A stretch of DNA of 51,272 nt, from the NCBI GenBank assembly GCA_050613775.1, contig JBODTK010000128.1, forward strand, positions 434,001 to 485,272, in the 5' to 3' direction. The position numbers were made by a program, and so were the translations under genes. Below, in pieces: positions 13,544 through 28,679 of this stretch (its first letter is position 1; each line of letters begins with the position of its first letter). The notes beneath the pieces are model-generated. The model saw only the letters and a program-made list of their open reading frames with translations. It did not search any database and had not been told where the DNA came from. This DNA comes from Neocallimastix sp. 'constans'. Lineage: Eukaryota.

Positions 13544-14240
13544 AAAAAAAATAAAAAAAAAAAAAAAAAAATTTAATAATTTAATAATTATTGCCTTTAA
13601 AACTTTAAAATGCTATATATATAAGTTTAGGAAGGAAGAAAAAAAATAAGATAAAATATAATAAAAATAAATAAATATAAAAAATAATAAAAATAAAATT
13701 AAAATAAAATAAATTAAAATAAAAAAAAAAAAAAAAAAAATAAAAAAAAAATAAAAATAAAATAAAAAAAAAAATAAAAATAAAAATAAAAATAAAAACA
13801 AAAAAAATAAAATAAAACATATACAAAATAATATATATACATAAAAATTCAAGTATATATATGTATAATATAGAAAAATTATATTAATTAGAGTTTTATA
13901 TATATTTAATGCTTGTATAATTTTCTAATACCAAGGAGACAAATTTTATACTTTGTAATCCCATTTATTATAGAATTTTAAAAACCTTTTTATAAATACT
14001 TTTATGAATTGTAATACTTTTCAAAATATTATTAATAGAATAAAGATATATTTCTATTCATTAAGATATAACAGTTATTTAGAAAATTTATATAATTAAA
14101 TTTTAAATTATTATTTTATTATTTGAAATTAATATGTTGGAAACTTTCTATATTTATTAATTCTATATATTAGAAAAGGGCTAATTACTGATTTATTAAT
14201 ATTATTAAAATATTTTTTATAATTATTATTATTAAAACAC

Positions 14241-14725
<485 letters not shown>

Positions 14726-15314
14726 AACAGATAAATAGGTGATTAGAAATTTACATGTATATATACTATAGATGTGGCTTGTTCTGTAACACTTTTAATT
14801 AATTACATTATATTATTTTTATATTAATAATTTATATTATCATTATTCTAGATTCATTTAATATTTAGCATCCTCTTAAACCTAGTTATTCAATAATGAA
14901 TAAATTGGTTTACTGGTGAATATATATATATAATATTAGCTTGATATTTTCACACTATTATTTATTTCTATTCTAAATTAACCTTTAATTTCACCTGAAT
15001 AAAATATTTTCACATTTTTTTAATTTCTTTATTTCGATTTAAATATTGTTAAAATAATTTTTTAATTATATTTGTAATAAAACAATTTTCCCCTAAAACT
15101 AAGTACTTAATATTATTACACTATTAATATTTTGTTGGTAAGAGGTAACTATTTTATCATTTTTTTATTTATCACTCTTTTATGGATTTAGTATTAACGT
15201 TGTGATTAATTTTAAATATTCATTATGAAATCTTTTATGAAACTATTTGTTTGTTTTACATAAAATTATTGATTATTATATATTGGTGTATCTGATAAAT
15301 AATAATCTTAGGGT

Positions 15315-15484
15315 ATTTAAATGTCTTGAATAATATAATTAATTATAAATGAAATCAATTTTAATACCAACATACCACTCTTTGTCATTAATTTTCTTCC
15401 ATTAAGTTCCTCAACAGCACTAGCAGCAGCATCTGGACTCTCAAAATAGATGAAGCTTAATTATATTATTCAAGACATTTAAAT
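15315..15484 (-). other. Perfect 28-bp inverted repeat enclosing an RRM (PABP-like) gene fragment
   Basis: ATTTAAATGTCTTGAATAATATAATTAA (15315-15342) and its reverse complement (15457-15484). The interior on the minus strand reads FIYFESPDAAASAVEELNG/KINDKEWYVG with one frameshift. Confidence 0.75.
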
Positions 15485-16255
15485 TTATTAGTAAATAATA
15501 TAAATTGCTTCATAATTGATTAAGATTCCATATTTCAACTAATTTCTTCTTGGAGGTTAATTTTTGCTAATTTTCCCTATTAGGCTTCTTTAATATGCAA
15601 ATGTATAATTTAGTCATTTTAGTATCTTGAGAAATATTAGTCTTATCATGCAAATTTCTATTTACGTTTTCTTCTTTTTGTTATTTTATATCTTCTTTTC
15701 TATGAGTTCAATCTTAGTTACTAAATGATATCTTAATAAATTTTTTTTTGCGTTAATTAACATATAATTGATATTTTCTCATATTCATTTATGTTCTTAA
15801 TTTAAATTTTTACATACGATCATTATTCCCCCTCAAATCTAAAAATTTAGGAATAAATATTTCGATTTGAATGATTAAAAAATTGAAAATTGAATAATTA
15901 TTTTTCACTAAACTTTTTATAAAAGAATTATATTATGTTAAATTCATCATCAGTTAATAATAAATATAGATAATCATATTTTTACTGAATGATGTCAGCT
16001 CAGTCAATTGGAAATGTGAACCAATCTGTCGGTGATCACTCACTTTCTTTAAGTGGTGATATGAGGAGTCCAATCATCTCACCGCTAATAAATAAGTCGG
16101 TGTCTAAACATTTCTTGAATGTTGATTTGTAATGTATGATGAATCAATGTCATCATAATAACAATGGAATCTTTTCAAAGAAAGTATTATACCTTTGTGG
16201 ATGGAATCCTTATGATTATATGAAGGTATTATTATTATTAAAAAAACTTTTTTTA

Positions 16256-16382
<127 letters not shown>

Positions 16383-16555
16383 AATATTTTTATTATTATT
16401 ATTATTAAAATACTTTTTTTTTATTAATATTACTATTAGAATACTATTTATTATTATTATTATTATTAAAATACTTTTTTTTATTAATATTACTATTAGA
16501 ATACTATTTATTATTATTAAAATACTTTTTTTACTAATTATTATTATTAAAATAT

Positions 16556-16642
<87 letters not shown>

Positions 16643-16910
16643 TTCAATAAACCATAAATTATAATATAATTTTTTTTTTTAATATTTAATTACACATAAT
16701 CAAAGTTTTATAAAAATAATAATATATAATTAATTAATCTAAATATTATAAATATGAATATTGGTTTTTTAAATGAAATATTATGTATTTAAAACATAAA
16801 AAATGTATTATTTAACGTATTATTAAAATTTATTTAATTAAAAAAATTTAAAACCTTTACATAATAAAATAAAGTCTTTTATCTCTTCCATTTACAGCAT
16901 ATATTTTAAA

Positions 16911-19840
16911 ATGGATATAAGAAATTATTTTAATCCTGTTCCTAGTAAATCAAAGGTTTTATAAAAAATTGAAAATTTTAATAATATATTCGTTTATATT
17001 TTATTAACCTTCTTATTTGATTATTTTATAAATAAATTTAATTAATATATAATTAATAATATCTGTTTCTTCTAATATAAATTCTTTATATAAAGAGGAA
17101 AAAAGGTCAATATTATATTATTTCTTTAATATATATTTAATATTCAATATTATATATGTAATATAATTTATTAATAAATTGTTTTTTTTTTTAATATTCT
17201 AATTATCATATAAATAATTATAAATTAATCATATATACTTTTATACAATAAAAAAAAAAGATAATGAACAATCAAAAAAAGAAGAGTAATATGGATATTT
17301 TCAATCATAAATTTTATTATTATAAAAATAATTTTATTTTTTTATATTTCTTTTCTTTAACTTTTATTAATATTATTATTGTTGTTGTTATTATTACCTT
17401 TTGATAATTATTAAATTATAGCAATGATAAATCTAATAAACGAATGAAAGTTGTTGATCCAAAAAACTATTTTTCAAAGGATAGCAAAAAAAATGTAAAT
17501 CTTTTTATTCATTATTTATTAAAATTAATTTTATATTTTTATATATATAAATATAATTGATTCTTTTATATATTCTTATTAAATAAAATATTTTTTAATA
17601 TATATATATATATATGTACAATAACACTGAAGGAAAATTCAAAAAGATCTACAAATGAATCTAAGGATAATACATCAAATAATACAATCAAATCAAAGAA
17701 AATGAAAGTAAAATCAACAAATACAAAAGTATTAGAGAAAAATACAAATGAAAGTAAAGATATTATGATAGAGGAAAAAAAGGAAAGTAATAATAAGCAA
17801 ATTAAAGAAAATATTAAAGAAAAGAAAGAAATTTCGGAAATATCGTCAAAGAAAAAAGCAAATGTTAAAGATGTAAAAGAAGTAATATAATATTATGAAT
17901 TAAGAACAAATTAAACTTCTCAGTAAAATTAAAATATTAATTTTATTCAATTTTATTCATTTAATAAAATAAATAAAAGATTAAAAACCAAAGTAAAGCT
18001 GTAAACCAAGAAACTAAGTCAAATATTCAAATTGAGGTTAATAATAATGTTATAAATATATAATAAAAATTTTCATTTTTAAATTATTAAATCACAACAA
18101 TAACAATAATAATAGTAATAATAGTAACAGTAAAATTAATAATTTGATATTAAAATTATTTACTAATGCTTTAGGAATTTGAACATTCTGAAGAAGATAA
18201 GCCAAAAAAAAAATTTAAGTAAATTATTTGTCAATTTTATATAAAAATACAATAAATATGCAATGAAATTATTATATTAAAATTTTACTCTGTATAAATG
18301 TAATAGTTATCGTGCATATTTAGCAAAGAAAAATGCTGGTCCTAAAGCACCTGGTTCAAAAGTTATCCCACAAGGAAAAGAAAACTGCTTATTGGTATAA
18401 AAAGGATTATATACATAATATATTTAAAAATTACTTCTATGAATTAATTATAAGATATTTAATTTATATAATATAATAATTTAATATATACCTAAAGGGT
18501 ATGACATTTGTCTTTACTGGGGATTTATCCTCATTATCAAGAGAAGATGCTACTGATTTAGTTAAACGTTATGGAGGGTAACAATTTGAATATAAGTAAT
18601 AATGATAAATAAAAATACAACTAAACAAAAAAATTAATTTTATATTTATAAATAGCCGTGTTACAGGAGCGCCAAGCTCAAAAACAACTTATTTGGTAGT
18701 TGGTGAAGATCCAGGTGAATCTAAATTGTCAAAAGCTAGAAAGCATAATATTAAACAAATTAATGAAGATGAATTATTAGATTTAATTGGTTCATCAATG
18801 AAAAATGAAGATAAAAATAATATAAATGATCTTATTGAAATTGATGAACCAATAAATAATAGCAAGAATAAAAGTAAAATTAAATCTAGTAATGATAAAT
18901 TTGAGAAAGCTTTATCATCTACAATTAACCGTAAATCTAGCAAATCATCAATGAAAAAAACAATAAAAAGTGACAAAATGGAAATTGATGAAAAAGTTTA
19001 TAAGTATATTAAAAATTAAATAAATATATATATATACTTTTTATATAACTGAAGTTTTAAATTAATATTAATTAAAAATTTCATTTATTTTTTAATAGAA
19101 ACGATTCATTACTTTGGGTTGATAAATATAAACCAAAAAGTGTAAATGAAATTATTGGAAATAAAACAAATATTGATAAAATAAGAGATTGGTTAAGAGA
19201 TTGGTATATATATATATTATATAGATTTTAAATTATTATATTAATTATATTAATTATATTTATTATGTTATTAAATTTTAAAAAAAAAATAAATAAATAA
19301 AGGAAATCTGGTGCAATATTTAAGAAAGACTCACCCAAAGCATTATTATTATCGGGTCCTCCAGGTATTGGAAAAACAACTGCTGCTATATTATGTTCTG
19401 AAGCTGAAGGTTTCAAACCTATTGAATTTAATGCTAGTGACGCAAGAAGCAAAAATATTTTAAAAGTAGATAATTAATTGTATTAATATATATATATATT
19501 TATTAAATTAATTAATTTTGTTAATATTTATATGTAGAATACTTTATCAGATTTAATAGGAAATCATACAATGACAGAATATTTTAATAATAATTCTAAG
19601 TCAAAGGTATAAATTTTATATTAGCATTAAGTAATCATTTATAATTAGAATTATATATGAATATTTAAAATATTCAATAATATACTTTTTCAATATTTAT
19701 TTATTTATTTTAGAACGAGCAAATTGTTAGAAATGAAAAAAATAACGTAATAATTATGGATGAAGTTGATGGTATGTCTAGTGGTGATCGCGGAGGTAAT
19801 GCCGAATTAATTCAGATGATTAAAAAAACAAAGGTGATAA

Positions 19841-19898
<58 letters not shown>

Positions 19899-22480
19899 TT
19901 ACAAATACAATTTTATTATTTAATTAATTAATTATTTATTTATTTACTTATTTATTTATTTGGTTTCCTTTTTATTATTATTATAACTACATTCATTTTC
20001 AAATTATTATAATTATTATAATTATAATTATAATTATTATATTAAATTTAAATTCATTTAGACTCCAATTATATGCATATGCAATGATAGGCAATCACCA
20101 AAAATCAGAACATTAGCCAATTACACTATGGATTTAAGATTCAGAAGACCAGATGCATCTGCTATAATGAAAAGAATTGGACCAATATGTCAACAAGAAG
20201 GATTGCATTTTCAACCTAATTCAATTGAACAAATTATTCAAAGCACCCAATCTGATATTAGACAGGTATTAAATGCGCTTGCTACTTATAGATTAAAGGC
20301 AACAAATATATCATATGATGATAGTAAATTACTGTATGTATAAATTATTTATAAATAAACAAATATATAAATAAAATTTTACTGATTTATATTCCTTAAA
20401 AAAAGAGCAAAAAAATCAGAAAAAGATTTTTCACAAAATCCATTTAGCTTAGTACAAAAATTCTTTAATTTGTCTGAGTATAGAAACTCGACATTTGCAG
20501 ATAGAATGGATTATTTCTTTGAAGATTATGAACTTATGCCACTAATGATTCAAGTAAGTTTGACAGAAAATAAATAATTATGTTAAAATATTTATAATTA
20601 AATTATTTTATTTTATTTTATTTTATTTTTATTAATTCTCTATTAATTCTTTATTATTTTATTGTACTTCTTTTTTATTTTATTCAATTCAATTTATACT
20701 TCATATTTATTATTTCTACTATTTATTTTATTTTATTTTATTTTATTTTATTTTTATTAATACTTGTATTTTTATTATAATTCAAATAATTTTTTTATTT
20801 TATTTTATTTTATTTTATTTTATTTTATTCAATCTGTACTTTCTTATTTAATATTCTACTTTTTATTTTATTTTATTTTATTTTATTTTATTCAATCTGT
20901 ACTTTCTTATTTAATATTCTACTTTTTATTTTATTTTATTTTATTTTATTTTATTCAATCTGTACTTTCTTATTTAATATTCTACTTTTTATTTTATTTT
21001 ATTTTATTTTATTTTATTTTTATTAATACTTTACACTTTTATATTAATTCCCTATTTATTTTATTTTATTTATATAGGAAAATTATTTACAAATTTCTCC
21101 TATATTAGCGAAGAATGAAAGAGGAAGAGTAGACCCAGTGAAAGCTTTAAATTTAATTTCAGAAGCATCAGATTCAATAGCTTATGGTGATATAATAAAT
21201 AGTACTTTAAGAAGGTATTAATAGTAATTTTATTTCTATTGTTAAAAGAATTTTTTTTTTTTATTTACATATTTAATATTTGTTGAACTTATAATTAGTA
21301 CTAATATATTTTTACTCTCTGTATTTATTTTATATTATATAATATTAATATGTCATATTAATATTTAATTTATTATATTATAATTAATGTATGAAAATAA
21401 TTAAGAACAAATAATTGGTCATTACTATCTGTACAAGGATCATTTTCATGTGCAAGACCTTCTTATTTTACTCATGGTTTAGCATCTGGGCAATATAATT
21501 TCCCAGGGTAAAAATGAATTCAAATAAGATATTTTATTAAATAAACAAATAAAATTATTTACATTTGTTTTATATATTAATTATAAATATTAGTTGGCTT
21601 GGTCAAAATTCCAAAGCAGGAAAATATAAAAGATGTCTTCATGAAGTTTATTCTCATGCTTGCCAAAAAATTTCTTCTAATATGAATGAATTCCGTCAAG
21701 AATATATACCATCATTATCACATTCTTTATTAATGCCATTATTGGAAAATGGAGCTGTAATTATATTCCATTATTTATTTTTTTATTTTTATTTTTATTT
21801 TTATTTTTATTTTTTTTTTTTTCTTTTTTTTTTTTTTTTGACATATTTCTTAAATTCTAATAAATTATTTATTAATTTAATTTATTGGTAAATTTATTAT
21901 TTTATTATTAAATTATTATTTTTATATTATAAAAATTAGGATGGTATTCCAGATGTTATTGAAGAAATGGATTCCTATTATATATCAAAAGAAGATTTTG
22001 ATATGATTATGGAAATGGGGGTAGGTGATAAATCAGGTGAAAAATTATTAAAACGAGTAGATACAAATGTCAAACGTACTTTTACAAGATTGTAAATATA
22101 TATTTTAGTTCTTATATATATGTTTATATATTATAATTAAATGTTTTATTTTAAAGAGCAAATGTTAATATTCTTATAATAACTATATTAATTGTTATGT
22201 TAGATATAACAAGGAATCGCATCCGACATCTTTTATAGCACCGTTAGCAGTAAATAAAAAAACAAAGACTGAAAGATTAATACCAGATGCTGAAGAAATA
22301 GTTGATAATGACGAAAATGTTGATGACAATGAGGAGGAAAATGAAGAAGATATTTTAAATGATAAAGTTTTAAATGCTGCTGGTGTTAAAAATAAATCAA
22401 AAGCTAAAACAAAATCATCAAATAAAAAGTCTTCATCATCAAATACCACAAAAAAGAAGACATCAAAAAGAAAAAAATAA
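16911..22480 (+). CDS. RFC1: Replication factor C subunit 1 (clamp-loader large subunit), multi-exon
   Basis: MDIRNYF start; BRCT ([15 protein letters not shown]...[26 protein letters not shown]); LWVDKYKP; Walker [16 protein letters not shown]; Walker [30 protein letters not shown]-terminal FP-WLGQNS and VKRTFTR-YNK. Stop at 22478-22480. Confidence 0.95.
20680..21030 (-). repeat. Satellite units inside an RFC1 intron
   Basis: Three copies of TTATTCAATCTGTACTTTCTTATTTAATATTCTACTTTTT plus degenerate ones, the reverse complement of the 28.7-30 kb array unit. Confidence 0.85.
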
Positions 22481-22920
22481 AAATATAATTACTTTAATTG
22501 ACATATCTTATAAAACTCAAATAATATTAAAAGTATATATATGTATTAAAATTATTAATGGATCTTTTTAATATACATAATAATTTGTTCCAAATATGAC
22601 TTTATTAAATAACAATATTTTTTAATTATGTTATAATATAGTTTATTATTATTAAATAAATATTAAGTTATTTAAATATAAAGTTATAAAAAATAGTGAA
22701 TATTATATAAATTTATGTTTTTAATAATTATTCTATGTAGAAAATAAAATAATAGTATGAACAACACGCAATTAAATTACAAGTATTACTAATACAATAT
22801 GTAATATATATACAATATATACATTTAAAATCTATTACAAATATATAAATATATAAATACAAAATAAAAACAAATTAATTTTAATATTCATTAAATTAGC
22901 ATAAAATTAATAGTCTTTTA

Positions 22921-23439
<519 letters not shown>

Positions 23440-23999
23440 CTTTATTATTTTATTTAATGCTTAACCAAGATTCTTATAAAAATGAAATTTAAACTGTATT
23501 GTATATACAATTTTAATTAATTCTATTGAATAAAATAAATATTATTTATATTAATTATGTTAATAGTTTCTTAAAATAAATTATCTTTATCAAATATGAA
23601 TTAATTATTCATAAGCAACACAATAAATATTAAATCGTTACTTATAAAGAGAATAAAATATTAATATATTTTTATAACAATATATTCTAAATATACTTGA
23701 CTTTGAATTTATATAATTTATTAATTACAATTATTAATGTATAATTTACTTATTTAAAGGTAAAAAAAAATAATATAAAAAAAAACATTAATTGGTTGAA
23801 TTTTAAAATTAAATATATTAGAAATGTTAAATATAACACTTATAATCTGAAATGATACCTATATTTTATTATGTGTATATTTATTTATTTTATTTCTTTT
23901 ACATTAAAACCTTCTTCATTTAAAAATATGTTATTACATGTTATTTATAATTATTTTCTATATTAGTCTAGCATTATTAGTAACATTTAATGTTACACC

Positions 24000-24730
24000 G
24001 TATTATGTAATCTCCTATTATGATATTGGTGGATATTACCCATCTTTACTTCAAATTCGGAACCAGCTATCAGAAAAAAAAGTGTTGAGTAAGACTGATA
24101 TTTATGACCAACTCAAATCATTCAACATTAAAACAAATTTTGTTGCTAGTATGAAGTGGAAGGGAACTGTTGATTCATACTTTGTCATTTTTCTTAAATT
24201 CTGGGGCTTCAATACGATGTTGATTGGCGAATTTCTCTTGCTTCTTGGTTGCTTGGTCGAGATTTTCTTTGAGTTGTTTGAGGAGTTTTTAGTGAATTCT
24301 TCTGCGCGAGGAACATCGGATATGCTAGGTACCGCAGGTGAGAATCTTAGGTTGTATCCGTAGTTGGCATAAAAGGTGAATGATTTAAGGATTCTTGGAC
24401 TATATTGTTGTAGCAGAATTCATTTAGAAATAGGTAGTCGTTCTAGTTTGAACCTTTAAAATTTGAGTAGCAACGGAGGAATTGCACGATGACGGAGTTC
24501 ACCCTCTCAATTAGACCATTGGTTTGATGGTGAAAAGGAGAAGCGAGTTTCATAGAGATGTTCAAAATCTTACACTGGAACAAACAAAGTCTTTGATAGT
24601 AGTGTACAGAGAGGGCCACCAGAAATCACGGTAAATAAGGGAAGTAGTTTTCTCGATACCAAAGTGTCCATCAGAGAGAGGGAAAATCATGGCAAATGTT
24701 TAAGACAGAAGAACAACAATTTGGAGGGTC
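24000..24730 (-). pseudogene. Ty3/gypsy integrase remnant with internal deletion
   Basis: Minus strand: CHDFPS...GHFGIEKTTSLIYRDFWWPSLY (zinc-finger region) joined to ASPFHHQTNGLIERVN...EFCYNN...SPF/YANYGYN...EFKKNDKV. Stops and frameshifts present. Confidence 0.85.
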
Positions 24731-25049
24731 CTAGATTTTATTAGATGTAGTTATATAGTACAAGGGCTATAATATGATTCGTAATATATGAAATGCATTT
24801 GTTAATATTATACACTTATTTACCAAGTTATTCAAACCTTAGTATATATGTAATTATACATGTACATATTATATAAATAATTTATAACTATACTATTGGT
24901 AATAAATTTTACTATGTAAAATTATTTTATTTATAATTAATTTTTTGATAATAATTTTTATTAATTAATCAATAAATTTAAATTAATTATATATATTTTA
25001 AAGTTTATTAAAAAGTAATGGAAAAGAATTAGAAATGAAATAGAAAGAA

Positions 25050-25090
<41 letters not shown>

Positions 25091-25125
25091 CTTATATTTT
25101 CAAAAATATTTTGTATCATTTAAAA

Positions 25126-25157
<32 letters not shown>

Positions 25158-25236
25158 GAAATATAAAATCAATGAAAAAAACTGATAAAATTTGTTAATT
25201 ATTTAAAATTTTATTTTATTTTTTAAAAACTAACTA

Positions 25237-25276
<40 letters not shown>

Positions 25277-25423
25277 GTTATTATTATTAAAAATTCAATA
25301 TATATATTAAAAATTTATATAAATTCTTTATTATATTATTATAATGTTAATTATCAAAAAAATTTATTAAATAAACCTCAATACATAAACAATAAAGTAA
25401 ATGTAAATAATGAAATAAATAAA

Positions 25424-25471
<48 letters not shown>

Positions 25472-26611
25472 TTATTTATAAAATATTGGTTTCCTTTTTC
25501 TTAATGAATATCTATTATTTTTTGGGTTTTTATTTTCTATATCGTCAATATCATCAATGATAATAACTTCTTTGTTCTTTTCTGATAAATCTTTATTGTA
25601 TTTTTTTCTATTGTTAATTTTAGTATTATCATTATTAGTCATTATTTGATCATCTTTATTATTATTAAAATGATTTGATTCTTCATAATTCTGCTTTGAA
25701 ACTTGATTATTATTCTGTTGGTTATTTTGTTTTAGTGATCTATTGTTTGACTGAAATCTATTATTTTTAACTGTCAATATTTCATTATCATCAGTTTTTG
25801 ATGATAATTTTTCATTATTATTACTTAAAGATTGCTTATTTTCATTATCTTTCTTTTTATTTTTACTATGAAAACCACAATATATTGGCTTTCCCCATTT
25901 TGAAAATTTATAATTAGGATCAAATATTAATCCTTCTTGTATAATTACTTGCCTATAATAATTTGCACATTGATATCCTACCTAATATATTAATTAATAC
26001 TATTTAGTATCAATCATAAAATTATTATATATTATATTTCTTATATACATATTAATTTATATTTACTCTATTTTATGACATTTCAAAATATTTATTAAAT
26101 AATTTTTTTTTTTTTTTATTGTATTAAATATTATAATAAAAATTTTATAATAATTATTTTATGAAATTAAGTTTTATTTTAATAGTATTTTTAATTATAT
26201 TTTTTACCTATTAGGAATATATGATGAAAATATACCCCATTTATCACCACATCCATATTTTTTTGCTATTTTTAAAAAATTTTCTTTTTCATTATCATCC
26301 CAATCACCAATATTTTCTTTTTATTTTTATTTTATTATACTTAGTATTAATAAAAAAAAAGTAAAGAGTAAAATTTTTAATATAATATAAATAATATGTT
26401 TATTTATATTTACGTGTTAATCCTGGCTCAAGATGCCTGTAGAAATAAGCATTTGGATTTTTTTGAAATAATTTCAATGCTGTGTACTATAAATTAAAGT
26501 TTTTTATTAATCATATGTTTATATCATTAAATATATTTCAAATAAAAAATAATTTTAATATACTTTTGCTGATGACCAATTTCTAGGTTTTACTACTTTA
26601 GAAACTTCTTT

Positions 26612-26656
<45 letters not shown>

Positions 26657-27953
26657 ATATTAATAACGCTATACATAATATATAATATATTATGTTAATA
26701 AAAATATAACATTACCTCCTAAAGGATTTTTATGAGAATATACTCCTCCTCCATTTTTATCCCATGCCTATAATTAATATTGACATAAATAAATAATTAA
26801 TTAATTATTTAATCCAAAAAATAACTAACTAAATAATTATCAAGTAAATAAATTAATGACTAATTAATTATTTATTTCAATAAATATTATTAACTATACA
26901 AATGATTAACTATATACAAATAAAAAATAATTAAGAATTAATACCTCTTTTGCAGATTTCTCAAAATGATATTTTTCAATTAAATCGGGATTTATCCAAC
27001 CTATTTTAAAGTATATTACATAATTAAAATCAACAATATTTAAATAATATTATAAATACATATTATTAATTTATGCACCATTGAAATGCCCATCAACTAC
27101 TATAGCTTTTTTTTTTATTTCTTCAGAAAAGTAATCTTCAGCTGACAATAAAAGTTCTTCCTTTTAAATAATAAGGATATATATATATACATTAATTCAA
27201 ATTTCTATATTTAATTTTAAATTATTATCTTTTTAGTACATACTTCTTCCATATTTAATTCAATTTCCTATTACAAGAAAAATGTATTAGAATTTCATAC
27301 TTTTTTTTTTAATAATTTTTATAAAAAATATATTGATTTTTATTATACTTACTACTTCATGTTTTTTTATATCATCTTTATTTTCTATATTAAATTTTAA
27401 TTCTTTTGCTTGATTTCTTGTTATTCTTTTAAAATCAGGTCTTACTTCTTTTAATCTTTTTTCATATTTTCTTCTATAAATTATAAAGATAAAAAAAGAA
27501 TTTAATTATATGTTATTTACCAAGGTGATATTTAAAAAAGCTATGAATTTACTTTCTTTTTTTAGTTTTATTTCCTTTTAAATCTTCAAACAATAAACTT
27601 GCGCTTAATAAATTTAACTCTTTTAATTTTTCTTGATTTCTTCTAATGTTTTCTAACCTTTGCTTTTCGTATTCATTTAAATTTTCTTTATTTAATTGAT
27701 AAAATTAATAATTTAATTTAAATTTAGTAAAATATTATAAATATTTGGTTTTAATTATTATAGTATAATAAATAAATTATTCAAAATTCTTTTTTTTTAA
27801 AAAAAAAAGGTATATATATATATTAATGTAATAAAACTTTTTTTTCAAAATTATATTAATGTAAAATTACATTTATTTTTAAGATTATTTTATATATATA
27901 TGTTAAAAAAAATAAACGAATAAAAATAAAATTAATAAAATAATATTACCCAT
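25472..27953 (-). CDS. Myb/SANT-like domain protein, multi-exon
   Basis: ATG at 27953 (4-nt first exon), then EYEKQRLENIRRNQEKLKELNL; core NPNAYFYRHLEPG...GDWDDNEKENFLKIAKKYGCGDKWGIFSSYIPNRVGYQCANYYR with Myb-type W spacing; Asn-rich basic tail ending YSLRKRKPIFYK*. Confidence 0.8.
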
Positions 27954-28679
27954 ATTTTCATAATTTATTAATTCTTATAAGAGGTGATTTTTAGGTAATT
28001 TTAAAAAATTACAAACTTCATCAAATATCTACTAATATTGAAAATTTTTATTTTTTTTTTTTTTTTTATGATTTTATTCTTCTTATTTGATTTATTTCAA
28101 TGAATAAATTTCAAATCTTAATTATTAAATAAGGTTAATGGATATTAATTAAAAAATTATATTAAAAAAAAATTTTTTTAATAAAAAAATATATTAATCA
28201 CAAAATTTTATTAGAATTGCAATAATATAATAAATATTACAAAAATATATATGATTATTTATTAATCTTTATTTTTATTATATTTTATTTTATATTCAAA
28301 TTTATTATAAATATAATTTCTTCTTTTTATATATGTATATTATTCAAAAATAAAAAGTAGTACGAATAAAAAAAAAAAATAAAATATTATTGAAGTTCCT
28401 TTTGGTAAATATTCTTCCCAGTTTTTATCCTGGTGGTTATTACTTATTTAAATTGAATTTAAATATTTTTTTTATTAATATTTTATTTATAATAGAATAA
28501 TGGAAGAGGTCCAAAACGAATGTGGTTCATTTCGCCAATTTTTAAAATACAAATTTTCAATACGCCATTTATTTTTAATGGCTTGTAAAATTTTTTGTTA
28601 ACGCCATAAAAAATTATAATACAATTAATTTTAAAATAAATAAATGTATAAATTAATAAATAAATAGATAAATAAATAT

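Noticed and set aside
13605..13852. Phe-rich ORFs (also 5520-5750, 16136-16408, 20764-21108, 44838-45065)
   Set aside because: Translations of poly-A/T and microsatellite tracts.
23938..24363. 141-aa plus-strand ORF
   Set aside because: Antisense to the gypsy integrase remnant; no recognisable motif.
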